64,000 nt of DNA from Octopus vulgaris (lineage: Eukaryota). The notes below the pieces were generated by a model. That model made no database searches, had not been told where the DNA came from, and saw only the letters and a list, made by a program, of their open reading frames with translations. The translations under genes were made by a program, and so were the position numbers. Location of the stretch: NCBI GenBank assembly GCA_951406725.2, contig OX597834.1:30690001-30754000 (forward strand). Reading direction: 5' to 3'. Shown piece after piece: positions 25,411-40,593 of this stretch. Each line of letters begins with the position of its first letter. The first letter of the stretch is position 1.

Positions 25411-26536
25411 TTTGAAAGCTGCCGATATAAACAGAGTAAATACTACGGTTGTAGTAGTATAAGAGCCACATTTTGTTAATGCTGACTGTTGTTCTGTTAC
25501 AATCATTAACCAGAGTCATGTGCCACACATCATTTACCATCATCGTTGCTTTACATCTACTTTTCTGTGCTTGCATGGATCGGATGGAATCTGTTCTATG
25601 ACTGGATGCTCTTCCTGTCACAAACCCTTGACTGTTTCTGTGTAAGGAGGTGATATTTCCCCTTGGTCAGACATGGTTTTACATGGAACATCAAGAAAGA
25701 CACCGCTTCTATGACAGTGACACTCGTTTACAACTGTCACATGATGTTCAGACAAGGAGACACAAATGTAGATACATACATCTTTTATCTGTTCAAGTCA
25801 TTAGTCTGTGGCCATACTGGAGCACCATCTTGAAGAATTTTAGTCGACCGAATCAGCCCCAGTACTTATTTTTTAAGCCTAATACTTATTCTATCAGTCT
25901 CTTTGGCCAAACCTCTAAGTTATAGGAATGTAAATACACTTCCCAACCACACATATAGCATAGAAATGTCTGCACCTGCACACACACACACACACACATA
26001 ATAGTTCCATCTGGAGCAACCAGTGACTACTAGAAATAGAAGGGATGGTCACAAAGAAGAGGATGACAACTGGAAAGAGAGAGACATAACAATTTATTAA
26101 TTGAATTTTATTGACATAAATACTTTTCCCTCAGACACAAAGAGAAATATGGTCACACACATAAATAAGGAGAGAGGGAGAGACAGACATTAAAATGTCA
26201 GATGTCAAGTAAGTCAGCATCGAATCAGGACCACCAAATACATGGCACCAAAATTGCCGCACAACAAAGTTCCACAGCCACAACACAGGCCTAGTTGTCA
26301 CCCCTACAGTTAATGAAACCTTCAAATGATGTTAACCCCAAATGCATACAGAGTAACAGAGTGGCCCCCAAGTTAACAAAGAGGAACAGCTCCAGTTTGA
26401 CAAAAACATTGACACCATTTTGGAAGAAGCGATCACTGACCACCACCCCACCCCACCCCACAACATTATCATCAGACCAGCCGTAATGCAATATTAGAAA
26501 ATTACTATTTTTAAATCTCACAACGAGAGACATTCC

Positions 26537-26811
26537 AGAGCGTCGGCTGCAAGGTCACTTCGAAAAGCTCTATCTGCGACGATTTCATCTCAATCGAAGG
26601 AGAGGGGCTTTCTCCATCCGGGTTGCGGATCCGTGGAATAAGCTGCCGGATGAGATAGTGAAGATGCCGACGACCGCTCGGTTCAAAGTCTCCCTTGACC
26701 ACAAATGGCCTGAACTCTTTACATGAACACCACCCTGTACATAACTCCATGTCCCCCTACATGGCCTTGCTTTTTGCTTTTTTGAGCCAAAAAATTAACT
26801 AACTAACTAAC
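26537..26811 (+). mobile_element. CR1-like LINE 3' fragment with (TAAC)n tail
   Basis: Reads RRLQGHFEKLYLRRFHLNRRRGAFSIRVADPWNKLPDEIV...FKVSLDHKW...*, typical of the CR1 ORF2 C-terminus. Confidence 0.8.
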
Positions 26812-26831
26812 ATTCAGCAACAGTACTTTGG

Positions 26832-27183
26832 AGTAAAGATTATTTGCTAACATAACATGTCAGTCTTGCTTTATGATGAATGTTGCAGTAATTTAGCCAC
26901 AGGAGACATTGTCTCCAGCTGGCTCTTACGACACAATCTGTGTCCTTATATTTTCGAACAAAGGAATCTAGCACCCCCACTCAGCTCAAAACAATAACCC
27001 GGAAACTGTGATACACAAATATTGTTTGAAGCTGAGTGGGGGTGCTAGATTCCCTTGTTTGAAAATATAAGGACAAAGATTGTGTTGTGTAGCCAGCTGG
27101 AGATGATGTCTCCTGGGGCTAAATTACAGCAAAAATTCATTCTAAACCAGGACTGCCATGTTGTGTTGGCAAAAATCTTTACT
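26832..27183. mobile_element. Long-TIR fold-back MITE (about 165-bp arms)
   Basis: tctagcacccccactcagct vs agctgagtgggggtgctaga and gtccttatattttc vs gaaaatataaggac; complementarity extends to the ends. Confidence 0.8.
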
Positions 27184-27265
27184 GTAATGCAATATGTTAA
27201 GCAACTGAATCTTCATCATCAAAATAAATAGATATCGATCCAAACACATACACACACAAATCAAA

Positions 27266-27493
27266 GTATTATAGATACATTTCAGCTGATTCTCTTAATC
27301 AGTTTCACACAGGACATTAGGTAATTAGGTGATTGCCTAAGACTAAGATCATCAGAGTTGCTTGTATGGGATAAAATGGCAACAGCTGTCCATACCAGCC
27401 AGTTTCATGAGTGTGGTCTCAGGTAATTGCCTGATTATATGATATCCTAAGGAAAACCAATTTGTACAATCAGCTGTATTGGATCTATTATAC
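27266..27493. repeat. Second, more degenerate fold-back
   Basis: atagatacatttcagctgatt vs aatcagctgtattggatctat; taattaggtgattgcctaagac vs gtctcaggtaattgcctgatta. Confidence 0.65.
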
Positions 27494-27779
27494 TGTATAC
27501 TTTAATATATTCTGTTGACAAATATATGAATGCCCGTTTTTTAGCTCCCATGACTTTCGGAAACATTTTTTCACGCTCAGAGTTGCTGAAGCATGGAATA
27601 AACTGCCTGCATCAGTTGTTGACTGCCATGACACTGCATCCTTTAAGGCCCTCATGCTTCCCGAAATCCGTCGAAACTACACCTGATTATATATACACTT
27701 TAGATGAGTTGTAGTGCACCTGAGCACTGTACACAATTATTATTATTATTATTATTATTATGGATTATTATAAAATGTC

Positions 27780-28345
27780 ATAATGGGTGATGACTATGAC
27801 CCCAAAACAAACCCCAACCTTTCTGGGACCAAAGGAAGCACAAATGAGTCAAAGCAATGTGAAGATATTGTTGATCATTTTCTTTGACAAGGGAAGTGTC
27901 CATCATGAGTATGCTCCACCTGGTCAGAGAGTAAACAAGGAGTGCTACTGTGACATTTTGCAGGATGCAATTTATCAGAATATACCGCAACTGCATGAGT
28001 CGAGTGAGTGGCAATTTCACCATAACAACACACTTGCCCATTCAGCAGCAGTTTGGGGCTAGGCACAGCATTCCCCAGATCTTGCCCCTTGCAACTTTTT
28101 CTTCTTTCCAAAAATCAAACCCCGCTTGAAAGGAAGAAGATTTCTGGACATCAAGGAAACCAAAGTGAATGCGATGAGGTAGCTGCTGATTATCCCAGAA
28201 AACGAGTTCCAGGAATGCTTCGATCAATGGAAACCACACCGGATTAAATGTCTAGCTTCCAAAGGGGACCACTTTGGAGGAGATTAAATGCCAATTTGGT
28301 ATGTGTAGTAGCTTTGTATTTTTAGCACCAGTCCGGATACTTATT
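27780..28345 (+). mobile_element. Mariner transposase pseudogene fragment
   Basis: SQSNVKILLIIFFDKGSVHHEYAPPGQRVNKECY...WQFHHNNTLAH, then frameshifted PDLAPCNFFLFPKIKPRLKGRRF. Confidence 0.85.
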
Positions 28346-28355
28346 GTGTATATAC

Positions 28356-28415
<60 letters not shown>

Positions 28416-28863
28416 CATCCATTATGCTACTACCAGCATTCTCAATTTATAATCGATTTTCACACACACAAAGATCTCCCAATTCTCCTGGAATAATGAG
28501 AAAAATGAGGAAACAAATTCTTCAAAAATAGATTTAATTAGCAATTTATTAATAAACTAGCAAATTTTGTAGACTATACTTTAAATAAGAACAATTGCTT
28601 TGTAAAAAAGCCATGTGTATGTGTGTGGGTATATGTTTGTATTAGGAACACGTAAGAGTCACTCTCTTCCTCACTCTCTCTTCTGTATAATCATGATGCC
28701 ATTAACAATGGCTCAATTGCCAGTCTCAATCAATACTATACACCCACCGCTACCAATTCCACAGAAACAATTAGAAAGAATTAAGGAACAAATACTTTTA
28801 AAATAGATTAATTAATTTTAATTAATAAGCTAGCAAGTTTCCACAGTTACGAAATATAACAAC

Positions 28864-28913
<50 letters not shown>

Positions 28914-29033
28914 TGTGTGTGTGTACATTCATATACATTTGCATGTGTGTGTGTTTATATATATATATATATATATATAAGGTTAATCCAAACGGGAAAA
29001 CAGAAAAAACAACAACACGTGGAACAATTACAG

Positions 29034-29086
<53 letters not shown>

Positions 29087-29663
29087 CATATTTATGCGCA
29101 TGTGTATATATGAAAGGTGTGTGTAAGTACATGCATGTATGTATGTACATTTGTAGATTTTTGTTTCTAATTAGCCATGTAATGGTTTAGACTGACAGAG
29201 AAGGTTGGGGTAGAGTCATGTGGTTAGGATTTTTGACTTCTCAATCACATGATTCTGGGTTCAATTCCACAGGACAGATTGGAGACAGCTCCTGAGTAAA
29301 ATTTCTTACAACAACTGTCCTTGGAATTTCCAGGAATGAAAAGGGTGTGTGTGTGTGTGTGTGTGCCCATGAGACACAGACAGACTGACAGACAGAGTGA
29401 AAATGGGTGTATGTGTGCCCTTAAGTATATGAGTGTGTATGTATGCAATTGTCTGTGCAAGTGTGTGTGTGAGCATGTGTGTGTGTGTCAGAGAGAGAGG
29501 GGGGGAGAGAGAAGGGTTAAAAAGTATTAACTGGAAGATGCAAGTTCAATTCCTGATGCTGATTCCATTATTTTTCTTCTTATTCCTTGTTGTTTACAAA
29601 TCTTATTTGACACACATTAACACAAATCTATACACACACACATACGTATTTCATTTTATGCGA

Positions 29664-29694
<31 letters not shown>

Positions 29695-29707
29695 CACACA
29701 CACACAC

Positions 29708-29747
<40 letters not shown>

Positions 29748-30126
29748 GCACACACACATCTATATAGTACACGCAAACATATACATAGACGCACACATTC
29801 GCAAACTGAAGGATTTCCGTTCCTTTGGAAAATCTAATTTCCTGCTTAGTGTTTGTCCATCTCCAATACCCCCCAGCACACACACACACACACATACACA
29901 CTTAGCTTGCAAAACATACAAGCCAATACAACAAATACATACATACAATCATACACACATAAATATATATATATACACACACACACATATATATATACAC
30001 ACAAGAATGTACAAGCACGTATACAATATCTAGCACACACAAACACTTATGTACACACTTACAAACGTATATTCAAATACGCAAGCCGAAAAACATGAAC
30101 TTACAAACATATTACATGAAAGATTG

Positions 30127-30163
<37 letters not shown>

Positions 30164-30369
30164 GAAGTGAAAAGTAGAGAGTGGGGTGAGGGAAGTGGAA
30201 CGAAGGGATTATTTTTGTGATTAATTTGTAATTTAAGTAAAGTAACGATAATATTTCTGACTGATGGCTGCGAGTGGTGGAGGGGAGGGGAATGGCATGC
30301 TGACATTCATTATGATCATCATCATTATTATTATTATTATTATTAACATCATCATGATCATTACTGTCA

Positions 30370-30870
30370 TCATCACCACCATCATCATCATATTTACCAT
30401 CAGAACTACAACCATCTTCATCACTATCACCACCATCATTAGTATCACTACCACCACCACCACAGCCGTTGTTGTCATCCTCATCATCCTCACCCATTTT
30501 CTTATCCTCATCTTTATTAATACCACCATCATCATCATCATCATATTCACCATCATTACCATAACCATCTTCATCACTATCACCACCATCATTAGTATCA
30601 TTATTACCACCACCACCACCACCACCACAGCCGTTGTTGTCATCTTCATCATCCTCACCCATTTTCTTATCCTCATCTTTATTATACCATCATCATCATC
30701 ATCATCATCATCATATTCACCATCATTACCATAACCATCTTCATCACTATCACTACCATCATTAGTATCATTATTACCACCACCACCACCACAGCCGTTG
30801 TTGTCATCCTCATCATCCTCACCCATTTTATTATCCTCATCTTTATTAATACCATCATCATCATCATCGA
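30370..30870. repeat. Tandem repeat of an about 135-bp trinucleotide-rich unit (about 3.5 copies)
   Basis: cacagccgttgttgtcatcctcatcatcctcacccatttt..tatcctcatcttt recurs three times. Confidence 0.85.
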
Positions 30871-31690
30871 CATTTTCCTTGCTAAAGTTGTTGTTGTTGT
30901 TGTCATTACCCAGCCACTCCCACCCCATCCCAATCTCTAATGACATCTGTTTAAATATGATCCATCCACCAATATCATACACACTCATACACCATGTGAT
31001 AACATCCTACAGTGTTACTGCATGGCTTAGCTTGTTCTTCTTCTCGCTGACATTTTTTCTTCTTCATATGTGTGTGTGTGAGTGTGTGTGTGTCTGTGTG
31101 TGTGTCATGTCAGGTGCTGTACCCTATGTACCCAGCCACCCAATCACAGAACATACCGTCACAAGGAAAATGTAATACTTGGAAACATTTTTTTTTCAGA
31201 GTCTATGCGCACACACACACATGCACACATGCACATATACACACATACACACATGTATATACACATGCACATACACACATGTATACACACATGCACACAC
31301 ATGTACACACACACGCATGTATATATACATGTATACACACACCCTCACTCTTCATCTGAATGCCCTATCATTACAGCATTTCTTACATAGCAGCCCCTCT
31401 TTATGACTTATGTCAGATTTTTATCTTTTCCTCCTCCCATCTCATCATTTCCATCATCATCATCATCATCATCATTATTATTATCAAGATGGCAGAATGG
31501 TAAGCACACCAGGCAAAATGCTTAGCAGTATCTTGCCTATCTTTAGGTGCTGGGTTCAAAAATTCCCCAAGGTCAACCTTGTCTATCATCTTTTCAGGGT
31601 CAATAGAATAAGTACAAGTTCAGCACTGGGGTCAATGTAATCGACTTGACCTCTCCCCTGAAAATGCTGGCCTTGTGCAAAATCTGAAGC

Positions 31691-31723
<33 letters not shown>

Positions 31724-33177
31724 GGTGGCGATCTGGCAGAGTCGTTAGCATACTGGACGAAATGCTTAGCAGTATTTTGCTCGTCACTACGTTTTGAGTT
31801 CAAATTTCGCCAAAGTAAACTTTGCCTTTCACCCTTTCGGGGTTGATAAATTAAGTACCAGTTGCGTGCTGGGGTCAATCTAATCAACTGTCCCCACCCC
31901 AAAAATTTCGGGCCTTGTGCCTAGAGTAGAAAAGATTATTATTATTATTATTGAGTGAGAGTAATGCATGCCATCTAAGTGACCCTGGGGTAAAAGCCCA
32001 GCATATCCATCAAGACTACCCATCTGATAAGGGTACCATGGGCACATGCATCACAATCATATGAACACAACATGGTGACCTCATATCAAGATATCAGCAC
32101 ATGACCTTGTAGTGGGGCCCAGTTGGAATTTTCTTCAGGTTCAGTAGCCCATCCTTCTCAAAAGGTTCCTGAGTAAGAGATGTTTAAGGATGATGAACGA
32201 AGCACCCATGTTTCCAGATGTCAGTTATTCAAACCCCCAAAATTTCCTTTCAATACATGGTTATGGTGCTCCCCCACTACTTCTGCTCGTGATCAGAGAT
32301 ATACATATCATCAGCCACTAAGGGACATGCTCAACTGGTTAAAGTCAAGCAAATCTATGGCCCATCTTTTTATACCAGGACAATACAATGTACATGATAA
32401 CACTATTACTATTATCATAATTTGTTTCTTTACTACCCACAAGGGGCTAAACACAGAAGGGACAAACAAGGACAGACAAACGGATTAAGTCAATTATATC
32501 GACCCCAGTGTGTAACTGGTACATAATTTATCGACCCCGAAAGGATGAAAGGGAAAGTCGACCTCGGCGGAATTTGAACTCAGAACGTAACAGCAGACAA
32601 AATACGGCTACACATTTTGCCCGGCATGCTAATGTTTCTGCCAGCTCGCTGCCCTATAATTAAGGCAGAGAGCTGGTGGACTCGTTATTACATGAAACCT
32701 GGCTCTTTATATTTTGAGTTCAAATTCTGCCAAGAATCCTTTCTGGGGCAATGAAATAAAGCAAGGGTCTAATAATGGGCTCAATGCAATTGATTTTTCT
32801 TCTCGTTTCAAAGTTACTGGCCGTCTGCTTACAAAGGAAGGAGTGAGGTGGGGGCATTAGGGGTACGGTTGGTGAATTTCAGCAAGCATGGAAGTTTTGA
32901 AGGGCACTGTGTCTCAACAGTTAACAACTGACTCGGCAGTTCTGAGTGTGAAAAAATATTTCCAAAAGTCATGCGGTGATGGGCTGTTTTTCATTTTATA
33001 AGTATGTCTATGGATGTCAGACATGGAATTCAAAAAAGTGGTCTAAATCTGGAAAGGTCACAACAAAAGCATCAGAGGAAAACAATGCATGCATAAACAC
33101 ATACATACACACTTACATACATGCATACATACACACTCACACATGTTATATACGCACATATATTTTTCTTTCTTTTT

Positions 33178-33387
33178 TTTTTCTTTTACTTGTTTCAGTC
33201 ATTTGACTGCAGCCATGCTGGAGCACCGCCTTTAGTCGAGCAAATCGACCCCGGAACTTATTCTTTGTAAGCCCAGTACTTATTCTATCGGTCTCTTTTG
33301 CCGAACTGCTAAGTGACAGGGACGTAAACACACCAGCATCGGTTGTCAAGCAATGCTAGGGGGACAAACACAGATACACAAACACAT

Positions 33388-33448
<61 letters not shown>

Positions 33449-33611
33449 CATATATACAACAGGCTTCTTTCAGGTTCCGTCTACCAAATCCACTCACAAG
33501 GCATTGTTCGGCCCGGGGCTATAGCAGAAGACACTTGCCCAAGACGCCACGCAGTGGGACTGAACCCGGAACCATGTGGTTTGTTAGCAAGCTACTTACC
33601 ACACAGCCACT
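33178..33611 (-). mobile_element. SINE family A
   Basis: Reverse-complement copy, head-to-head with a degenerate + copy at about 33620-33945. Confidence 0.85.
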
Positions 33612-33944
33612 ATACATCCCAACCAGATGGTTCCAGGTTCAGCCTCAATTCATGGCATGGTGGGCAGGTGTCTTCTACTATGGCTTTGGGATGACTGAAA
33701 CCTTGTCAGTGGATTTCGTAGACGGAAACTGAAAGAAACCCATCTTGTGTGTGTGTGTCTGTGTTTGTTCCCCATTACTGCCTGACAACTGGTGTTGATG
33801 TGCTTACATCCCCATAACGTAGCAGTTTGGCAAAAGAGACTGACAAAATAAATACTAGGCTTAACAAAAATACTGGGATTGATTCATTCAACTAAAATTC
33901 TTCAAGATGGTGCTCCAGCATGGCCGCAGTCTAATGATTGAAAC

Positions 33945-33980
<36 letters not shown>

Positions 33981-34196
33981 TCTTTATTACCCACAAGGGG
34001 CTAAACACAGAGGGGACAAACAAGGACAAACAAACGGATTAAGTCAATTACATCGACCCCAGTGCATAACTGGTACTTAATTTATCGAAAGGATGAAAGG
34101 CAAAGTCAACCTCAGCGGAATTTGAACTCAGAACGTAGTGACAGGCGAAATGCCGCGAAGCACTTCGTCCGGCGTGCTAACGTCTCTGCCAGCTTG

Positions 34197-34263
<67 letters not shown>

Positions 34264-34674
34264 TACAAACACACACACACATGCATGCATTAACTCACAT
34301 TATTGAAGTGACCCTAGCCAGTACTTGAGCCAACCTATCCTGAGTCATGCTTCACTATTGCCTGCCTGCCTGCCTGCCTGCATACATACATGTCCTTGTG
34401 CTTGGACGTCCAAACACAAGGACACACATACACACACACACAGAGAGGGAAACAGGAAAGATTGAAGAGGTGCTGAGGAGAGAAATATATGTAAATACAC
34501 AGAACCACACACACACACACACATGCAGACATACACATACGTATAGATACACACACACATATACGTATACTTGTATATACAAACACACACACATACACAC
34601 ACGTATATAAATGATGCAACAATGGAAAAACGGATGTAAATTGGCCTTACACACACACACACACACACACACAC

Positions 34675-34718
<44 letters not shown>

Positions 34719-37700
34719 ATATGAGTGTGTGTGTGTGTATAGGAGCAGGAGAGAGAGAAGCAAAGTCATAAACACCACCACATGCATACAAATGTGAGAG
34801 GGGAAATAAACATTTGTAAATATACAAGAAGAACAATAAATAATAGTCTCTCACAGCCACATAGAGAGAGAGAGAAAGGGAGAGAGAGAAAAGAGAGAGG
34901 AATAAGTGAGGGGGGAAATACACACATATGTTGACACACACACACACACACACAACACATATAAATAGCAATGACTATTCTTCTATCCTGGATCAATAGT
35001 CATTTGTATTGGAGGATGCTTAACATCACACATTGGCAGACACACACATGCACTTACACACACACACACATTGGCAGACAGACACATGCACTTACACACA
35101 CACACACACACACAGGCATAGAGCCATCACTAAGAAGCAAGTATGACTTGGTAAACATGTGTCATGCTTTCACTAATTGTTTTAAGCGCCCCCGTGTTGC
35201 CGGGAACAAACACGGACATCGTGTCGGACCTCCTGCCTCTTTGTTCCTGCAGAACATCAAAGATTTAACAATTGGAAGCAGGGAGAGAAGAGAGAGAGAG
35301 AGGCTGAAGGAACACTTGACCGGTTTTTATTTATAGCTGACTAGAATGGAGTAACACGAAATGAAGTGCCTTGCTTAAGGATACAGCATGCTGCCTAGTC
35401 TACGAACGGAACCCATGACCAAGCTCCAGCCAATGTGTGGTGTGTGTGTGTGTCTTTTGTCATGTTTGAATCTAGGCACTTTCCAGGCAAGTGATACCAA
35501 CTGTCTCTAAGTGTCAAAATCCTACTGACTCCGGACATACAATAGGCTGATGAAATGAGTTTATCCACGTCTGCTCTTCTTAAATTTGAGAATTTGATGT
35601 CCAACAGGATATTAAATCTTCAATTAAGTTCTTTTGAATAAATTTATATAGTTATATAGCCAGCTCTGTCTGGCCCCCGTGCCGGTGACACGTAAAAGCA
35701 CCATCCGTTCGTGGCCGTTTGCCAGCCTCGTCTGGCACCTGTGCCGGTGGCACGTAAAAAGCACCCACTACACTCACGGAGTGGTTGGCGTTAGGAAGGG
35801 CATCCAGCCGTAGAAACACTGCCAGATCTGACTGGGCCTGATGAAGCCTTCCAGCTTCACAGACCCCAGTTGAACCGTCCAACCCATGCTAGCATGGAAA
35901 ACGGACGCTAAATGATGATGATGATGATGATGATGATAGTATAAGACATATCCAGATTGTCACACAGAGGGATTGAGCCTGAAACCACATGGATAGAAAG
36001 CAAAGTCCTTAACCAAACAACCATGACCGCACCCAATAAGGTGCATTTATTCCATCAATAAGCCTACATTTATTCCATCAATCCCATTTTATCCATCATT
36101 AAACAGAAATCACGGATTACGCCTTTCCCTAGCGATATTCAGTCATGCATGCAAGTGTGTTCGTGCTCGTGTGAATGTGCAACAGTTTAATTTGTCAATT
36201 ACAATCACTTTAAATATGTCAGTAATGCTCTTTGGAAGGGCATGAATGCCACAACTTATCACATACCATGAATGAGCTGAGGGAATCACTATGTAGTCAG
36301 TGAATTTGCTAGAAATATCAACCAAATGTCTGAAATCATGACCAGTCATCTTGGGAAATGAGAGAGAGAGAGAGAGAGAGAGAGACATTAACCAATGGTG
36401 TCCTAAATATGAAAATGAAAACAACAATATGGTCGTGTTTGGAATGCCTTTAATCATAGTCCTGATCTGGGGTTAAAAAGCAGTCCTCAACAACCATAGA
36501 AAATCTGTGTGTGCGTGTGTGTGTATGTGCAAATGAGTTTTCACTTCTGAGTCAAAAGAACAAAGTAAATCGACCCAGATCTAACGGAAAACACACATCC
36601 ACACACATGAACATATACAGATATGCATGCATACACACACACACACACACACATGCTCTCCCCCCCTCTCTCACACTCACAGATACTCAGAGACTAAAAT
36701 TTATAAATAAAAATCAGAAGGTCACATTTAGAGGTCCACAAAACTATCCATCATTTACTTTCACCACCACCACCACAACACCACCACCATCACCATCACC
36801 ACTCACAGCACTACCATAATCACTACTACAACCATTACTATAACCACCACCACCATCACCAGTTAATTTTATAACTTATGATTTCGCTCCTGCCAAAATC
36901 TCTAAAGGAATTTTAGAGTTGGTGGAGACAATACCCAATGTACTACCACCAACACATTATCACAACTACAGCCTCTACTATACAAACCAGCACCACAGAT
37001 TAATCTGAACATTAAGGGGTCAAAGTATAATAGGGGGAAGGAAATGTCTTGCAGTAGAAAAGATAAATAGCTATCCCAGTTGTCCGAAAATAGACAGGAT
37101 GGTCATGATTGGAAGGCATTCGATCATAGGTCTTCTCAATCAGGTTAGACCTGGGGTTAAAACAAGATCCTAGATGGATCGGGAAAAGTTAAAAGCACGC
37201 ATACCTTCTTCCCAATCCCTCAGTTATTATTTCATTCTTTGTCAGGGACAAAAGATACAAAAAAAAAATGAAAATAAAGAAACATTCTTGAACCTTGGCT
37301 TTCTTTCAACCACCCTCAACCACCCCCAACCACCCTCAACCACCCTCAACCACCCCTCACCACCACATTACCTCAAGCATCAGTCCACACCCTTTTTTGC
37401 AGTATAATTCCAAAATTCCTTAATCAACTGCACACACCTCCTTTACCACCACCACCACCACACCATGCCCATCACCACACCCATCAACACCACCATGCCA
37501 TCATTCCAACCACAGCCATCACCGAAAAATAATGCAAGATTTGAGCTGCAAGCTTCATGGTGGTGGTGGTGGCCTTGTTAGGATTGTTCTGAGAGAGAGA
37601 TATCATTGTGCTAACTTGTTAGACACACATTTCACTCTCAGACTGAAGAGGAGTGAGAAGAGGAATTCTTTGGCTCAAAAAAAACCCAACAAAAATGCAA

Positions 37701-38101
37701 GGAAGAACACTTTAGTCATTAGGAATGTGTTTTTATTATCTCTTAATTAATCAGACTGAAAAAGAAAAAAGAAAATAATGATTTCACTCATCTCCCCACC
37801 ACACACATATAGGTGCAGGCATGACTGTGTGGTTAACAAGCTTGTTTCTCAACCAAATAGTCTTGGGTTCGATTTCACAATAGAGCACCTTGGATAAGTG
37901 CTTTCCTACTATATCCCCAGGCTGACCAAAGCCTTGTGACTGTTATGCATGCATGCATTATTATCTGTTATCTGCAGTCAGCTGCTGCAACTATGACTTC
38001 ATGGTTGTTATATCATGATTGGATATGCTTTCTCCATAGTGGTCAGTTTTTACTTGAGTTTGCCATTTATTTTATGTATGTATGTATGTATGTATGTATA
38101 T

Positions 38102-38485
38102 AGGCGCAGGAGTGGCTGTGTGGTAGGTAGCTTGCTTACCAACCACATGGTTCCGGGTTCACTCCCACTGCGTGGCACCTTGGGCAAGTGTCTTCTACTA
38201 TAGCCTCGGGCCGACCAAAGCCTTGTGAGTGGATTTGGTAGATGGAAGCTGAAAGAACCCCGTCGTATATATGTATATATGTGTATATGTTTGTCCACCC
38301 AACATTGGTTGACAACCGATGCTGGGGTGTTTACGTCCCCGTAACTTAGCAGTTCGGCAAAAGAGACCGATAGAATAAGTACTAGGCTTACAAAGAATAA
38401 GTCCTGGGGTCGATTTGCTCGACTAAAGGCAGTGCTCCAGCATGGCCGCAGTCAAATGACTGAAACAAGTAAAAGAGTAAAGAGT
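38102..38485 (+). mobile_element. SINE family A
   Basis: Full-length copy. Confidence 0.85.
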
Positions 38486-38781
38486 ATATATATCTCAATA
38501 ATAATAAAGGGTAAAATTAATTAATTAATAATTAATAATTTTACCAAGTAGTTTGGTATATTAAAAGAACCATTATCGGTAGACTTATACAAAAATTCTA
38601 TAATTATGAGCATGATTATAATTAAGGTTCAACAAAACTGCTTCACCACATACCGAAATTTAGAAATTGCAGTTAAAATACTATTCTACTACTATAAGAT
38701 ATCTCCCAGACAGCAATACTCATGCAGGTGAAGAGAAACAAATCCACCAGGATCTGATTAATTATGCTCATAATTATACAA

Positions 38782-38828
<47 letters not shown>

Positions 38829-39428
38829 CGATCGAGAGAGAGAGAGAGATGGTGAAGCATGACCTTGGAACATTGGGCCTCACAGAGGCAATGACAGGAG
38901 ACTGAGAGCTTTGGAGATATGCTGTGATTGAGAAGACCTGGCAAGTAAACTGGGATCACAGCCATGGCTGATGCCAGTGTTGCTTGTCCGGCTCATTTAA
39001 GAGTACCCTTAATGCATTGGGTGATATGATATGCTTGAGAAGACCTGTTGAGTCAAGTAAAACCAAAATCGTATCTATGGCCAGTGCCCTTTGACTGGCT
39101 CCTGTTCTGGTGGCACATAAAATACATTATCGCAAAGTGGTTGATGCCAGTACCCTCGGGCTGATTCACGTACCAGTGGCATGTAAAAAGCACTATCCAA
39201 ATGTGATAGATGCTAAGCCTGCCTGACTGGCTCCTGCGCTGGTGGCACATAAAAAGCACCCACTACACTCTTAGAGTGGTTGGCATTAGGAAGGGCAACC
39301 ACTGTCATATCAGATTGGAACCTGGTGAAGCTGCTGGCTCTCCAGACCTCAGTCAAACCATCTAACCCATGCCAGCATGGAAAACCGACATTAAATGATG
39401 ATTATATATATATGCATATATCTCTGTC

Positions 39429-39771
39429 TAGCTATCCATGTATCATACTTAAAGCAGATATATCATTGGAAGCTTGCTTTGCTGTGGTATTCATCTGGAG
39501 ATGACATCTTTTACAGAGAATGTTAAAAAACACAGGAATATATCAGTAGCAGACGGAAATAGCCTAACAGTAAAGATGGCTTTGTTAAATACATTCATCT
39601 GCATCACTGGGCTTCATGTGTAGCAAGTATCCAATGGCAACCAATTTTCATCTACTACCAATATTTGTATTTTTTAACAAACATCTATAAGAGACATTAT
39701 TTCAGAATGAATACTGAAGCAAATCAAGCTTTCAATGATATATCTGCCTTAAGTATAATACATAGATTGCT
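39429..39771. mobile_element. Long-TIR fold-back MITE (about 130-bp arms)
   Basis: tagctatccatgtatcatacttaaagcagatatatcattggaagcttg vs caagctttcaatgatatatctgccttaagtataatacatagattgcta. Confidence 0.8.
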
Positions 39772-39971
39772 ATTTTGAACTAATGTTGCTTCTGTTGCTC
39801 ATAATGAATTTTTATTCAGCCTGCTCACTCATTGCAACATCAGTGATTCTTTTTCAATCATTGTTTCACTATATCAGTAGCAGCAGATTTTGTCCAAGCA
39901 TGGGATTGCCAGTGGCCACTTACAACAAGAGAGAGAAGAGAGAAGAAAAGAAAGGAGAAATAAAGGTATTT

Positions 39972-40569
<598 letters not shown>

Positions 40570-40593
40570 ATGGAACCAAAACAAGGAACTTAC

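Noticed and set aside
24129-25621. Poly-Leu/Ile and Cys-Val ORFs resembling membrane or Cys-rich proteins
   Set aside because: (TTA)n and (TG)n microsatellites.
30030-30988. Asp/Gly-rich acidic ORF
   Set aside because: Triplicated trinucleotide-rich unit; no credible splice sites or CNK similarity.
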